Positions 1-8,754 are shown, numbered from the stretch's first letter. The stretch: 24,000 bases of DNA from Actinomycetaceae bacterium (GCA_030540715.1 JAUNVQ010000002.1:113886-137885); one strand, 5' to 3'. Program-made: numbers and translations. The notes: a model not told the origin generated them from the sequence alone.

Positions 1-2382
1 ATGAGCGCTAAGAATGTGCACCGCGCTTCATTTCATGGTGCCCAAAAACTCTTGCCACGAGTGATTATCGCTGTTATTGTTGCGTTCATTCTAGGATTAT
101 TACCACTGGCCAGCTATTCTTTTGCAGCCGACGCTAATCCCGTTGAGCCTCATAGTGATGCCACCGTAGCATCGACACCCACATCGTCACCTTCAGATAC
201 CGTGGAAGGCCTTGCCACCGAAGAATCACAGGGTACCAAAGGCTCCAGCGAACAGCCCAAAGATGCAGGAGCACTTCCTGCGTCACCAAAAATTAATCCA
301 CCTGGGAGAGTGGCTGCTGATTCCACGCCAAAGGTATCTGCCACCCCCTTGTCACCGCACGCCAGTGATTCGGCGCGCGCAAGTCCGGAAGGAACCACGG
401 CCCCCACACCCGTGCGCGCACCACGTTCGGCAACGATGCGAAACGGCTACGTTTCTGTGCCGGAGAGTATTTTCCACTGTAAACCGGGTTTTGTTTACGG
501 CTCGCCAAATAACAAAACTATCTATGAGTATGCCCCAAATTCCACTGAATCATTGCATCTCACGCAATCAACACTTGGCGGAATCTCGACAGGGGCACTT
601 GCTCTAGCATTTGAAGGAACGGCAGCTTATCTTGAAGATGGCACATGGCCTAACCATAAAGTTCACACATACGATGCTCTTGGCGGTCAATGGACAATCG
701 CTGAAAATTTCAACATTCCTCAAGTAGGAAAATATTCACTAGGAGCGGTTCACCCAATAACAGGCGAATATTTCTTTGCGAACTATCGTTACTATTGGAT
801 TAGAAATCGTCTTGAAATATATGCCTACAACCCACAATCACAATCGGTTCGTGCTGTAGGTCAGTTACAACTTAACCATTCAACTCGGGATGGTGATATG
901 GCATTCACCCGAGATGGCACGCTTTATATTCTTCGCCCTGATTTCACAAAAATCGATCTTTATAAAGTCAATTCTACTGATATTCCTCTTAGTGGTGATG
1001 ATATCGACCGTACGATCCCATATACAACTGTTTTGAATGGAATAGATGATGTTGGGTTAGATGACGTGGTAGGAATCGCTTTTGATACAGACGGTAAACT
1101 CTTTATTACCGACGGTACGACCATGAAAAAGCTAGATCCAGTTTCTGGTGCAGTTGAAGCGACAAGTTACCCATCACCAGATAATAGCAATGACTTAGCA
1201 ACATGTTTTGGCACACCTTCTATTACCGCGCTCAGCGATATCAAAGAAACACGTATCCACCCCAACGACCAGTTCCAACTCACTATCCATACTGGCTCGA
1301 CAGCTACAGGAACACCGGTAGCTTCTGAAGTGACAACTGGCAGCGAACTTGGTCTTCAAAGCGTCAAAATTCACCGAGCAGCAGTCAATAATGGCACAAC
1401 CTATACTGTTTCTGAAACAATGGCCGCCACAGCGACCTCTTCAATAAATGCCTACAACATCACACATACCTGTACCGACCATACGGGAACCGTGGTCAGT
1501 GAAGGCTCCGGGGCAACAGCGACGTTTAGCGTGCCAGGGGATAACAATATGCCCAACAACGCATGGGACTATGAATGTACGTTTACCAATACTCCCAAAC
1601 GCGCAACCGTTGAGGTCACAAAAACCGATAAAACCAGCGGTGCCATTCTACCGGGTGCAACCCTTGAACTGTGGCTTGACGCGAACCATGACGGCAAACT
1701 CGACCCGGCCGACACTCGGGTAGGCAGCCCCGTCACAACCGGTAAAAACGGCAAGGCCACATGGGATAATCTACTGCATTCGCGGCGCTATTTTGTGAAA
1801 GAAATAGAGGCTCCAAGTGGCTATGACTTGGCCGAGCCACATGCCGTGGTTGTTGATAAAGAGTTCGCCACCCAAGGCCCCGTCACGCTCAATGTAGAGG
1901 ACCCTCGACAAGTGGGGAAGGTAACGTGGTTGGTTCACAGCGATAAAGAGCTGCCACTTGCAGGCTCGCGATGGACACTAACACACTTAGAGGTGCCTGG
2001 TGGGGGAACACCGCGCACCATTGACGACTGTGTGAAGGCACCATGCACCGGTGCCGACAAAGATCCCAGACCTGGCATTTTTGAGGTCGATAACCTTGAG
2101 TGGGGCGACTATAGGCTACAAGAGGTTGCGGCTGCGCCGGGCTACGTGCTCGATGTGAAAAACTACGACTTTACCATCGCAGCATCTACTTTGGAATACA
2201 ACTTTACCAGCGCCTTCGTTCATACGAAGGTCGATGCACCACAACTTCCGCTGACTGGCGGCATCAGCAGACACTTTTTCTTCAGTTCTGGTGGACTGCT
2301 GCTTGTCACGGCAATAGGAACAGGGCTATGGGCGCTTCGACGGCGCCTTGCTGCCCTGAACACACTTGTTCACCAGAGCTAA
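1..2382 (+). CDS. LPXTG cell-wall-anchored surface protein; putative pilus tip adhesin (first gene of a tip pilin - shaft pilin - sortase C cluster)
   Basis: 793-aa ORF starting with ATG at nt 1, so the true start could lie upstream of the window. It has a signal-peptide-like N-terminus (KLLPRVIIAVIVAFILGLLPLASYSFAADA) and a P/S/T-rich linker. The central region has recurring DGTLYIL / DGKLFITDG-type strands, which I read as beta-propeller-like (inference). Cna-B/SpaA-type Ig-like domains follow (TVEVTKTDKTSGAILPGATLELW; E-box-like YFVKEIEAPSGY and YRLQEVAAAPGY). The C-terminus carries the sorting signal LPLTG (nt 2245-2259), a hydrophobic helix and an RRR tail. Confidence 0.85.
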   Translation: MSAKNVHRASFHGAQKLLPRVIIAVIVAFILGLLPLASYSFAADANPVEPHSDATVASTPTSSPSDTVEGLATEESQGTKGSSEQPKDAGALPASPKINPPGRVAADSTPKVSATPLSPHASDSARASPEGTTAPTPVRAPRSATMRNGYVSVPESIFHCKPGFVYGSPNNKTIYEYAPNSTESLHLTQSTLGGISTGALALAFEGTAAYLEDGTWPNHKVHTYDALGGQWTIAENFNIPQVGKYSLGAVHPITGEYFFANYRYYWIRNRLEIYAYNPQSQSVRAVGQLQLNHSTRDGDMAFTRDGTLYILRPDFTKIDLYKVNSTDIPLSGDDIDRTIPYTTVLNGIDDVGLDDVVGIAFDTDGKLFITDGTTMKKLDPVSGAVEATSYPSPDNSNDLATCFGTPSITALSDIKETRIHPNDQFQLTIHTGSTATGTPVASEVTTGSELGLQSVKIHRAAVNNGTTYTVSETMAATATSSINAYNITHTCTDHTGTVVSEGSGATATFSVPGDNNMPNNAWDYECTFTNTPKRATVEVTKTDKTSGAILPGATLELWLDANHDGKLDPADTRVGSPVTTGKNGKATWDNLLHSRRYFVKEIEAPSGYDLAEPHAVVVDKEFATQGPVTLNVEDPRQVGKVTWLVHSDKELPLAGSRWTLTHLEVPGGGTPRTIDDCVKAPCTGADKDPRPGIFEVDNLEWGDYRLQEVAAAPGYVLDVKNYDFTIAASTLEYNFTSAFVHTKVDAPQLPLTGGISRHFFFSSGGLLLVTAIGTGLWALRRRLAALNTLVHQS

Positions 2383-2405
2383 GTCACACGAAAGGAAAAA
2401 TAACA

Positions 2406-3896
2406 ATGACACAGACACACAGATTACGAGTAATTATTGGGGTGATTGCTGCTTTTGCAGTTGCCCTGATGGGGATGGTATTTATCCCCTCAGCGGACGC
2501 TTCAGTTTCCGCGCGCTCCCCCAGGCCCGACGATAATATCATCTTCGAGGACACGAACGGGTCTATCACGGTTCATAAGCATGAAACACCTGAAGCCTCT
2601 ACTTCCAATGATGGTACGGAATTGATGGACGCGCCACCTCGTCCTGTTGAGGGCATCAACTTTAAGCTCAGTAAGGTAGATCTTGATTTAACAAAGTCTG
2701 AAAACTGGCAAAAGCTTGACTCATTGACATATAAAAATGGCAATGTATTCTTCTTGGATGCGCCAACGAATTATTTGGCCATTACTCAAGTAGGCGATGA
2801 AAAGACAACCGACAACAACGGCAAAGCCACGTTTACTGACCTAGGTGTTGCTGTTTACCTGGTTGAAGAAACGGGGGGTACACCGACAACGGCACAAGGA
2901 TCTGGCCACGTGGTGGCAAAGTCCGAGCCCTTCTTTGTTGTGCTCCCCATGAAAGACAATAAAAATCAGTGGAACTATAATATTCACGCCTATCCAAAGA
3001 ACTCTATTGCACAGGTAAAAAAGACGATTGACGATAGTAAAGCGTTTTCTACCGCCAATAAAGTGACATGGACGGTGGAAGCCCAGATGCCAACAGGATT
3101 GGATCTGCAGCCCAATACAAAAATCGTGGATGTCTTTGACAAGCGAATCAACACAGGCAGCATTGGCGTCACAAAAGTGATGGCTGGAACTGTGCCACTG
3201 AAAGAGGGAGATGACTACACGGTAACCTATGACACTACTGCTGAGGGCCGAAAAGTTACTGTTAGCTTTAACTCTGATGCCTTAAATAAAATTAAAGGAC
3301 AAAAGGTTGTGGTGACCTACGAAGGCACAGTTGACCCAGTGACAGGTGTGTCTTTGGGTGAAGACGGCGTGATCCCTAATCAGGCGACAGTAACAATCAA
3401 CGGTACCGATATGGTGACGAACACAGTGAATACAACGTGGGGCGACTACGAAATATTTAAGTACACCACAGTTGATGGCGCCGAAAAACCCCTGTCGGAG
3501 GCGAAGTTCACGATTTATCAGCCAACCGGTGACCCAGCATCATGCGACACACTTGGTGATGAGGTATTAACAACCGATGCAACCGACACGAACGGAAAGA
3601 CAAAGTTCCGCGTCAAAGCTGGCACATACTGCATGAAAGAGACAACCACGCCTCCAGGATTCACAGAAAATACGGCGGTTGTAAAGATCGAGGTTGCAGG
3701 CGGTTCAAGCAGCGCCAGCGCCCCTGAAAAGAACTATTCGAAGGTTGAAAATACGAAAACGAACTTCCCCAATCTACCGCTCACTGGTGCAAATGGACGT
3801 CTGCTGCTGCTGATTATTGGCAGCGCTCTGATTGCTTTAGCTGTTGGCACAGCTATTGTTCAGCGTCGCCGTAAGCGTGCTACACGCAACCAGTAG
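2406..3896 (+). CDS. Major (shaft) pilin, FimA/SpaA type, LPXTG-anchored
   Basis: The track ORF is 2328-3896. I moved the start to ATG 2406, which lies 23 nt after the upstream stop (2380-2382) and is preceded by AAAGGA. This start yields a signal peptide (MTQTHRLRVIIGVIAAFAVALMGMVFIPSADA). The protein has the pilin motif WNYNIHAYPKN (nt 2970-3002, Lys codon 2997-2999) and the E-box YCMKETTTPPGF (3627-3662). It ends with the sorting signal LPLTG (3774-3788), a hydrophobic helix and an RRRKR tail. A Cys pair in the last domain (SCDTLG...TYCMKE) resembles Actinomyces-type pilins. Confidence 0.9.
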   Translation: MTQTHRLRVIIGVIAAFAVALMGMVFIPSADASVSARSPRPDDNIIFEDTNGSITVHKHETPEASTSNDGTELMDAPPRPVEGINFKLSKVDLDLTKSENWQKLDSLTYKNGNVFFLDAPTNYLAITQVGDEKTTDNNGKATFTDLGVAVYLVEETGGTPTTAQGSGHVVAKSEPFFVVLPMKDNKNQWNYNIHAYPKNSIAQVKKTIDDSKAFSTANKVTWTVEAQMPTGLDLQPNTKIVDVFDKRINTGSIGVTKVMAGTVPLKEGDDYTVTYDTTAEGRKVTVSFNSDALNKIKGQKVVVTYEGTVDPVTGVSLGEDGVIPNQATVTINGTDMVTNTVNTTWGDYEIFKYTTVDGAEKPLSEAKFTIYQPTGDPASCDTLGDEVLTTDATDTNGKTKFRVKAGTYCMKETTTPPGFTENTAVVKIEVAGGSSSASAPEKNYSKVENTKTNFPNLPLTGANGRLLLLIIGSALIALAVGTAIVQRRRKRATRNQ

Positions 3897-4355
3897 GTAG
3901 GTATAGATGCAGTAACACTATCGGCGAATAACTCAGCGGTTGCCAGATGGCTGGTCGCCAGAAGAACGGCTGCTTCACGATCGTCACACATGATCGGTCA
4001 CTAGCTGGCGTGTTACTGCTAACAAGCACGTGTCTGTGACTATGGGTGCCCGCACATCTTTGTCTGCAACGTGTGGGCACCCCGCCATTCCACAATGGCT
4101 TGACGACCTCACATATCTGGCGCAATACGTGTGCACGGTTTTTCTGCGTGGCCTATCCCGTATGCCCTGCAGCTTCTGTGTGCGTAATTGTTCTGTGCAG
4201 CATGACCTCCATACAGATCATTTTCACTACTTACGCACCCCGCAAGGCAGATCACTCGCGGCGCTCATCACATAACACCTTCCGTTACCAAGGTGTCTCC
4301 CCTGACGTTTTAGGTAATATTGCATACACACCACACCCGCACAGGTGAGCCAAAC

Positions 4356-4376
4356 CGTTGGCCCCTGCGGCCAACG
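4356..4376. other. GC-rich stem-loop inside the pilin-sortase intergenic gap (function unknown)
   Basis: CGTTGGCC (4356-4363), loop CCTGC, GGCCAACG (4369-4376): a perfect 8-bp stem. No clear U-tract follows on the + strand, so it is not a textbook intrinsic terminator. Confidence 0.3.
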
Positions 4377-4592
4377 CGCAGTGCCTTATGCAGACAAATA
4401 CCCGATTCGCCCTCTACAATAAAGAAGATACCTGCAGCCCACTGGCGCATCCTGGCCCATTGGCCGCCACGCTCGAAGCTCTGACAGGTACAACACCCAT
4501 CAACGCCAACCCCAACAGGCTACACAGCCCCAACTAAACAGACCACCCATATCCAACCCACAAGCCCGCACCACACCGTTATCGGAGGCCCC

Positions 4593-5525
4593 GTGAAAGA
4601 CAAACTTCTGCCCCTGATTACCGCGCTGCTGGTCTTGGCTGGTGTGTCCATGTTGACCTATCCGTATGCAGCCAGTTGGTTTTCTCAAAAAAACCAGTCG
4701 GCTATCACTGCCAACTATTCCAAAACCGTAAAATATGTCCGACCCGATGCAAAGACGCAGATTCAAGCGGCTCACACCTATAATCAGGCTCTGACCTCGG
4801 GTGCTCAGCTCAAACCCAATACGCGCATACCCGTTGGCACAGGAACCTTACATCACAATGACACAGCAACTGCCGCAGACGATTCGGTTGACGGCCTGAC
4901 CTACGATCAAATTTTGCGCGTTGATTCCACGGGGTTGATGGCACGACTTCGCATCCCGTCGATCGACGTTGATTTACCGGTGTATCACGGAACCGATGAT
5001 GCAACCTTACTGAAGGGCGTTGGGCATCTGTTCGGTACGTCAATGCCTGTTGGAGGCAAGGGGACGCGCACGGTGCTTACCGCCCATCGCGGCCTTGCCG
5101 ATGCCGCGCTATTTACCTATCTTGACAAGGTAAAAGTTGGCGATGTTTTTACCATTGAGGTATTCGATCAACTTCTTACCTATAAGGTGATTGATACCGT
5201 TGTGGTGGAGCCCGAGGATACCGAGACGATTCGCTCCGACCCAGATCGCGACTTGGCAACACTGGTGACATGCACCCCCCTGGGTATTAACACTCACCGT
5301 ATCCTGGTGACGGGCGAGCGTGTTTTTCCCAACCCAAAGAGTTTGGAAAAAACAAAAGGCGCAGCACCAGAAGTTCCTCGTTTTCCCTGGTGGGCAGTGG
5401 TATGGATACCAGCAGTGTTGGGATGTTTAGGCTATATTGGCTATCTTTTTCTTTTTCCTTTAGTGAAGAGGACGAAGCAAGACGATGATGCGGAAGAAGA
5501 ATCATCGATAAAGACTTCTCCTTGA
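4593..5525 (+). CDS. srtC: Class C (pilus-specific) sortase
   Basis: GTG start at 4593 preceded by GGAGG (4584-4588). The in-frame upstream stretch back to the TGA at 4482 contains no ATG/GTG/TTG. Features: N-terminal membrane anchor (LLPLITALLVLAGVSMLTYPY), sortase His (VLTAHRG), catalytic TLVTC (5259-5273) and conserved Arg region (RILVTGERV). A C-terminal hydrophobic helix (FPWWAVVWIPAVLGCLGYIGYLFLF) plus charged tail is typical of class C sortases. Confidence 0.9.
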   Translation: MKDKLLPLITALLVLAGVSMLTYPYAASWFSQKNQSAITANYSKTVKYVRPDAKTQIQAAHTYNQALTSGAQLKPNTRIPVGTGTLHHNDTATAADDSVDGLTYDQILRVDSTGLMARLRIPSIDVDLPVYHGTDDATLLKGVGHLFGTSMPVGGKGTRTVLTAHRGLADAALFTYLDKVKVGDVFTIEVFDQLLTYKVIDTVVVEPEDTETIRSDPDRDLATLVTCTPLGINTHRILVTGERVFPNPKSLEKTKGAAPEVPRFPWWAVVWIPAVLGCLGYIGYLFLFPLVKRTKQDDDAEEESSIKTSP

Positions 5526-5686
5526 TCACTCTTTGACATCGCAGCCCATTATCATTGATTCCATTCACCATCACGCTACACTGAGTTCATTAGGTGAGGA
5601 ATTCCTTAATTTGTGTGCCCATCTTTTCATAGTTCACATAAAGAAGCGTCTATTGCTTCCGTTCCCCTTTTCGTGATGACCACGGT

Positions 5687-7101
5687 TTGCCGATATATAA
5701 GGAGTCCAGGATAGACCGCACGTCGTTGCCTATGTTGAATTCTCGTACCGAACGTAAGGTGAGAACTCCGCGTTATATTTTTACTATTCTTGCAGCAATT
5801 GCCCTTGTCAGCACTATACTCACACTACTTTCCAACCAAGCCAGTGCCCAGGAGAAAATCCCCAGTTCAACAGTGCACAATTACTGCAGTGTTTCCCAGG
5901 GACAACCTACACATTCACAAGTACCGGTAAGTTTTCTTCCACCTACGCCAAGCATTCTCCATTGGCAAATGTGCCCAAAGGGTTGATAGAACTTGATGGT
6001 TTTGCTGTTACAAAAGACGGTTCGAGCGCTTTTATTGTCAAGAAAGCGCAATTAGGCCATTTTTACTTTTACATCTATGCTCCTTCAACTAATACATTAA
6101 CGAAACGTAGGGATAACGATCATCGGTTCTCTGCACAAACTTGTTTCAACAGCAGCTAATAGAAAACCTACATTCACAATCACTACATGCGGGGGAACAA
6201 ATACACTTCGCAAAAATGGTACAACAATTGTCAACACGAATGCGCCTGGGAACTATTAGTTTGACAACGCAGAGAAAGTCTTTGAATGTGATCGCGTAAT
6301 GCATAAGCAGATCGCTATCCACAATAAGGCAAATTCACAGCACCAAAGATTGTGAAACAGTCAAAAATGATCGCCTAGCTAAAATCGCAGCGCCCCCGGT
6401 AGCGTGACTGCTAATAGCTTTGACCTTTCTACAGGTACCTTTCCCAACAAGCTGTACCATGAAGCGATCAAAGTGAGTAACCTTGATGCAACGGATGCTA
6501 CTCAAAACAGTCAGCGCTTCGTTCCAACTGTGGGAAGACAGCGATGCTAACGGTTCGTTAAACACATCCAAGAATGCGAAGGTTGGCGCTATAATAACTA
6601 CGGCTGTTACCAAGAAGATAATGTGGCCTGACCTTCACCGTCACTTGACGTTCTTCACTGAAAAACCCTATCACCCAAAAACTATGCGATAGCTGACGCG
6701 GTGGTAACAATCAAGGCCGATACTGACGATACTACAATAACCGTGAAGAATACTGAGCTGACTACAATTTCTATCAATAAAGGTACAGAACTGAATAAGC
6801 CAGTTGAAGGCGCTGAATCCTAGCCCTGGAAAGAGGTCTATGTTAACGGAAGTATACAGACCGATGCCAGTATTCTTCTTTGAGGAAACAAACAATCCTT
6901 CAGACGATGCTGTGGAGACTTGTCCCGCCCTCTGAAGTGAAGAAGGCAACAACAGTGAAGACAACCCACCATGTGAAGACCGCTTTGGCGAAAACTGGAA
7001 CGATGGGACACCCGTTGTATATGGCGATCCCCCTGCTGCTTGCCAGTGGCTTGACGGTAGTGGTGCGCCGCCGTCATCGCTACAGTGACAGCCAAGGATA
7101 G
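5687..7101 (+). pseudogene. Decayed cell-wall-anchored surface protein / adhesin gene (Cna-B-type domains, LAKTG sorting signal), multiple frameshifts and stops
   Basis: Fragments of one protein are spread over all three + frames. A signal-peptide-like start lies in ORF 5687-5986 (RYIFTILAAIALVSTILTLLSNQASAQE). It continues in another frame through ORF 5962-6159 (GTTYTFTSTGKFSS...GLIELDGFAVTKDGSSAFIV). A Cna-B-like piece, KPTFTITTCGGTNTLRKNGTTIVNTNAPGNY, ends at an in-frame TAG (6257-6259). ASFQLWEDSDANGSLNTSKNAKVGAIITT lies in ORF 6483-6692. NYAIADAVVTIKADTDDTTITVKNTELTTISINK runs from about 6680 in a further frame. An intact C-terminal sorting signal sits in ORF 6880-7101: LAKTG (6985-6999), a hydrophobic helix and RRRHR. 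Confidence 0.75.
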
Positions 7102-7113
7102 TTCATTATCCAA

Positions 7114-7165
7114 TTAATAATGTGCGACACCTGATCAGTCCTGATCGGGTGTCGCACATTATTAA
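7114..7165. terminator. Long perfect palindrome between convergent genes; bidirectional intrinsic-terminator-like hairpin
   Basis: TTAATAATGTGCGACACC (7114-7131) pairs perfectly with GGTGTCGCACATTATTAA (7148-7165). This gives an 18-bp stem with a 16-nt spacer that is itself largely self-complementary (TGATCAG..CTGATCG). It starts 13 nt after the pseudogene stop and lies downstream of the minus-strand lyase gene. The stem bases are A/T-rich, but no long U-run follows on the + strand. Confidence 0.6.
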
Positions 7166-7308
7166 CGCTGTCAACTAGCTGTTGATGAATCACACTTTCG
7201 CTTAGGAATATGCTTCGCCCATTATCGAGACAATGTGAATCATCCTTATGAATCAGGCATCTTCTGCGTCCCTACCTATGAGCCGTTCCGATAAAGCTCC
7301 GTAATGTT

Positions 7309-8754
7309 TTAGAGTGAATCACCAAAATCTGCTTTGAATTTGGCTACCAGGGCCTGTTGCCAATCCGATGTAGGCTCAAGACGCCCGTAGAAGAAACGCA
7401 GCACTTCCGGTTCTTCTGTAAAGCGCAGACCTCCGATAAGTTGTCGATTTTCGTAGAGCCATGTCAAACGATCCACCGCATATTTTACCTGCGACAATGT
7501 GAATACACGCCTAGGCAGTGCAAGGCGCAGAAGCTCCATATTAGAAAGCACTTCGGAACCGTCAGGGCGTCGCTGCTCGGACATTGTTCCACGTTCCATA
7601 CCGCGACAGCCCGAAGCCAGATACATTGCTACTGCAAGAGCTCCAGCAGGGTATTCTTCCTGGGTCAAATGATCGCAAAACTTGAGGGCATCAACATGAC
7701 ATCCTAAGCCACCACCGGGAGTAATCACAGGAATTCCAGCTTCAACAAGTTTGTCAACCATGTGTTCAATATAGAGTGGCCCCTGATTGATCATTTCTTC
7801 ATCCATGGTTTCTTCCAAGCCCACAGTCAACGCTTCCATTTCGCGTACAGACATACCACCGTAGGTCAAGAAACCTTCAAACAGGGGAACAAGGGGGCGC
7901 ATAAGACGATAATATTCCTCGTTATTGGTACAAATACCACCACCGCGTGCACACCCTAGCTTTCGCGCGGAAAAATAAATCAGGTCGCACGCATCGGCAA
8001 TTCGGCGCGTAATCTCGCGGATAGATAGGTACTTGCACTGTTCTTCACGAACCTTAATGAAGTAGAGATTGTCGGCCAAAAGCGAGGCATCCAGTACCAG
8101 AGGAACACCGTATTGTCGGCAAATGTCGCGTACCTGTTCAAGGTTTTCCAGCGAGAACGGTTGCCCACCGATCAGGTTTGTTCCGGCCTCCATGCGGATG
8201 AAGGGCACCTTGTCGCCCTTTTCTTCCATAAAGGATTGAAGTGCAGGAATATCCATGTTGCCTTTAAAGGGGTCATCTGATGTTACTTCAAGTCCTTCTG
8301 GGCACAAAAGCTCCACAACATCGCCACCCATTTCGGTGATATGGGCCTTTGTGGTGGTGAAGTGATAATTCATGGGAACTATATCACCCTGTTTAACGAA
8401 TGTACGTGAAATAAGATTCTCGCAGGCGCGTCCCTGGTGAGCGGGAAGGAAGTGCTCGGTACCAAAAATTTCTTTAATCTTTTTTGACAGGCGGAAAAAA
8501 GTTTGTGAACCGGCGTAGGCATCGTCTGCCAAAAACATTGCTGCTTGTTGGCGGTCTGACATGGCGTTCACACCGGAATCTGTGAGCATGTCTAAAAATA
8601 CATGCTCGGTAGATAGCAGGAATGTGTTATTGCCAGCCTGGGTAATGGCTTCCAGTCGTTCATCAACATTAGGAAGATTCAAACGTTGAATAATACGCAC
8701 CTTGTGCATTTCCAAAGGGATTTGTTCACCAGTATAAAATTTGACGTTCGCCAT
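7309..8754 (-). CDS. tpl: PLP-dependent beta-eliminating lyase of the tryptophanase / tyrosine phenol-lyase family; specificity residues look tyrosine phenol-lyase-like
   Basis: The track ORF is 7309-8868. I moved the start to ATG 8754 (MANVKFYTGEQIP...), which has GGAGA 7 nt upstream and matches family N-termini. Full-length similarity to TnaA/TPL is recalled from memory: FLLSTEHVFLDMLTDSGVNAMSD, DDAYAGS, LPAHQGRACE, the PLP-lysine region FSARKLGCARGGG, and LLRLALPRR. The residues that distinguish TPL from TnaA are of the TPL type. These are HFTTT (Thr codon 8356-8358; TnaA has FFDTT), GMERG (Arg; TnaA has Ile) and LRFF (7390-7395; TnaA has LRHF). Confidence 0.85.
   Translation of the reverse strand: MANVKFYTGEQIPLEMHKVRIIQRLNLPNVDERLEAITQAGNNTFLLSTEHVFLDMLTDSGVNAMSDRQQAAMFLADDAYAGSQTFFRLSKKIKEIFGTEHFLPAHQGRACENLISRTFVKQGDIVPMNYHFTTTKAHITEMGGDVVELLCPEGLEVTSDDPFKGNMDIPALQSFMEEKGDKVPFIRMEAGTNLIGGQPFSLENLEQVRDICRQYGVPLVLDASLLADNLYFIKVREEQCKYLSIREITRRIADACDLIYFSARKLGCARGGGICTNNEEYYRLMRPLVPLFEGFLTYGGMSVREMEALTVGLEETMDEEMINQGPLYIEHMVDKLVEAGIPVITPGGGLGCHVDALKFCDHLTQEEYPAGALAVAMYLASGCRGMERGTMSEQRRPDGSEVLSNMELLRLALPRRVFTLSQVKYAVDRLTWLYENRQLIGGLRFTEEPEVLRFFYGRLEPTSDWQQALVAKFKADFGDSL

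Noticed and set aside
4030-4348. Track ORFs 4030-4275 and 4046-4348 (+), and 3880-4125 (-), as possible minor-pilin or regulator genes in the pilin-sortase gap.
   Set aside because: They overlap one another in different frames and have no Shine-Dalgarno. Their Cys/His/Arg-rich composition is unlike real proteins here, and they have no signal peptide or LPXTG. They are most likely chance ORFs.
6335-7113. Minus-strand ORFs 6335-6613, 6671-6964 and 6838-7113, considered as real genes between sortase and lyase.
   Set aside because: They run antisense to recognisable plus-strand Cna-B and sorting-signal fragments of the decayed adhesin gene. They have no RBS or family resemblance and overlap each other.
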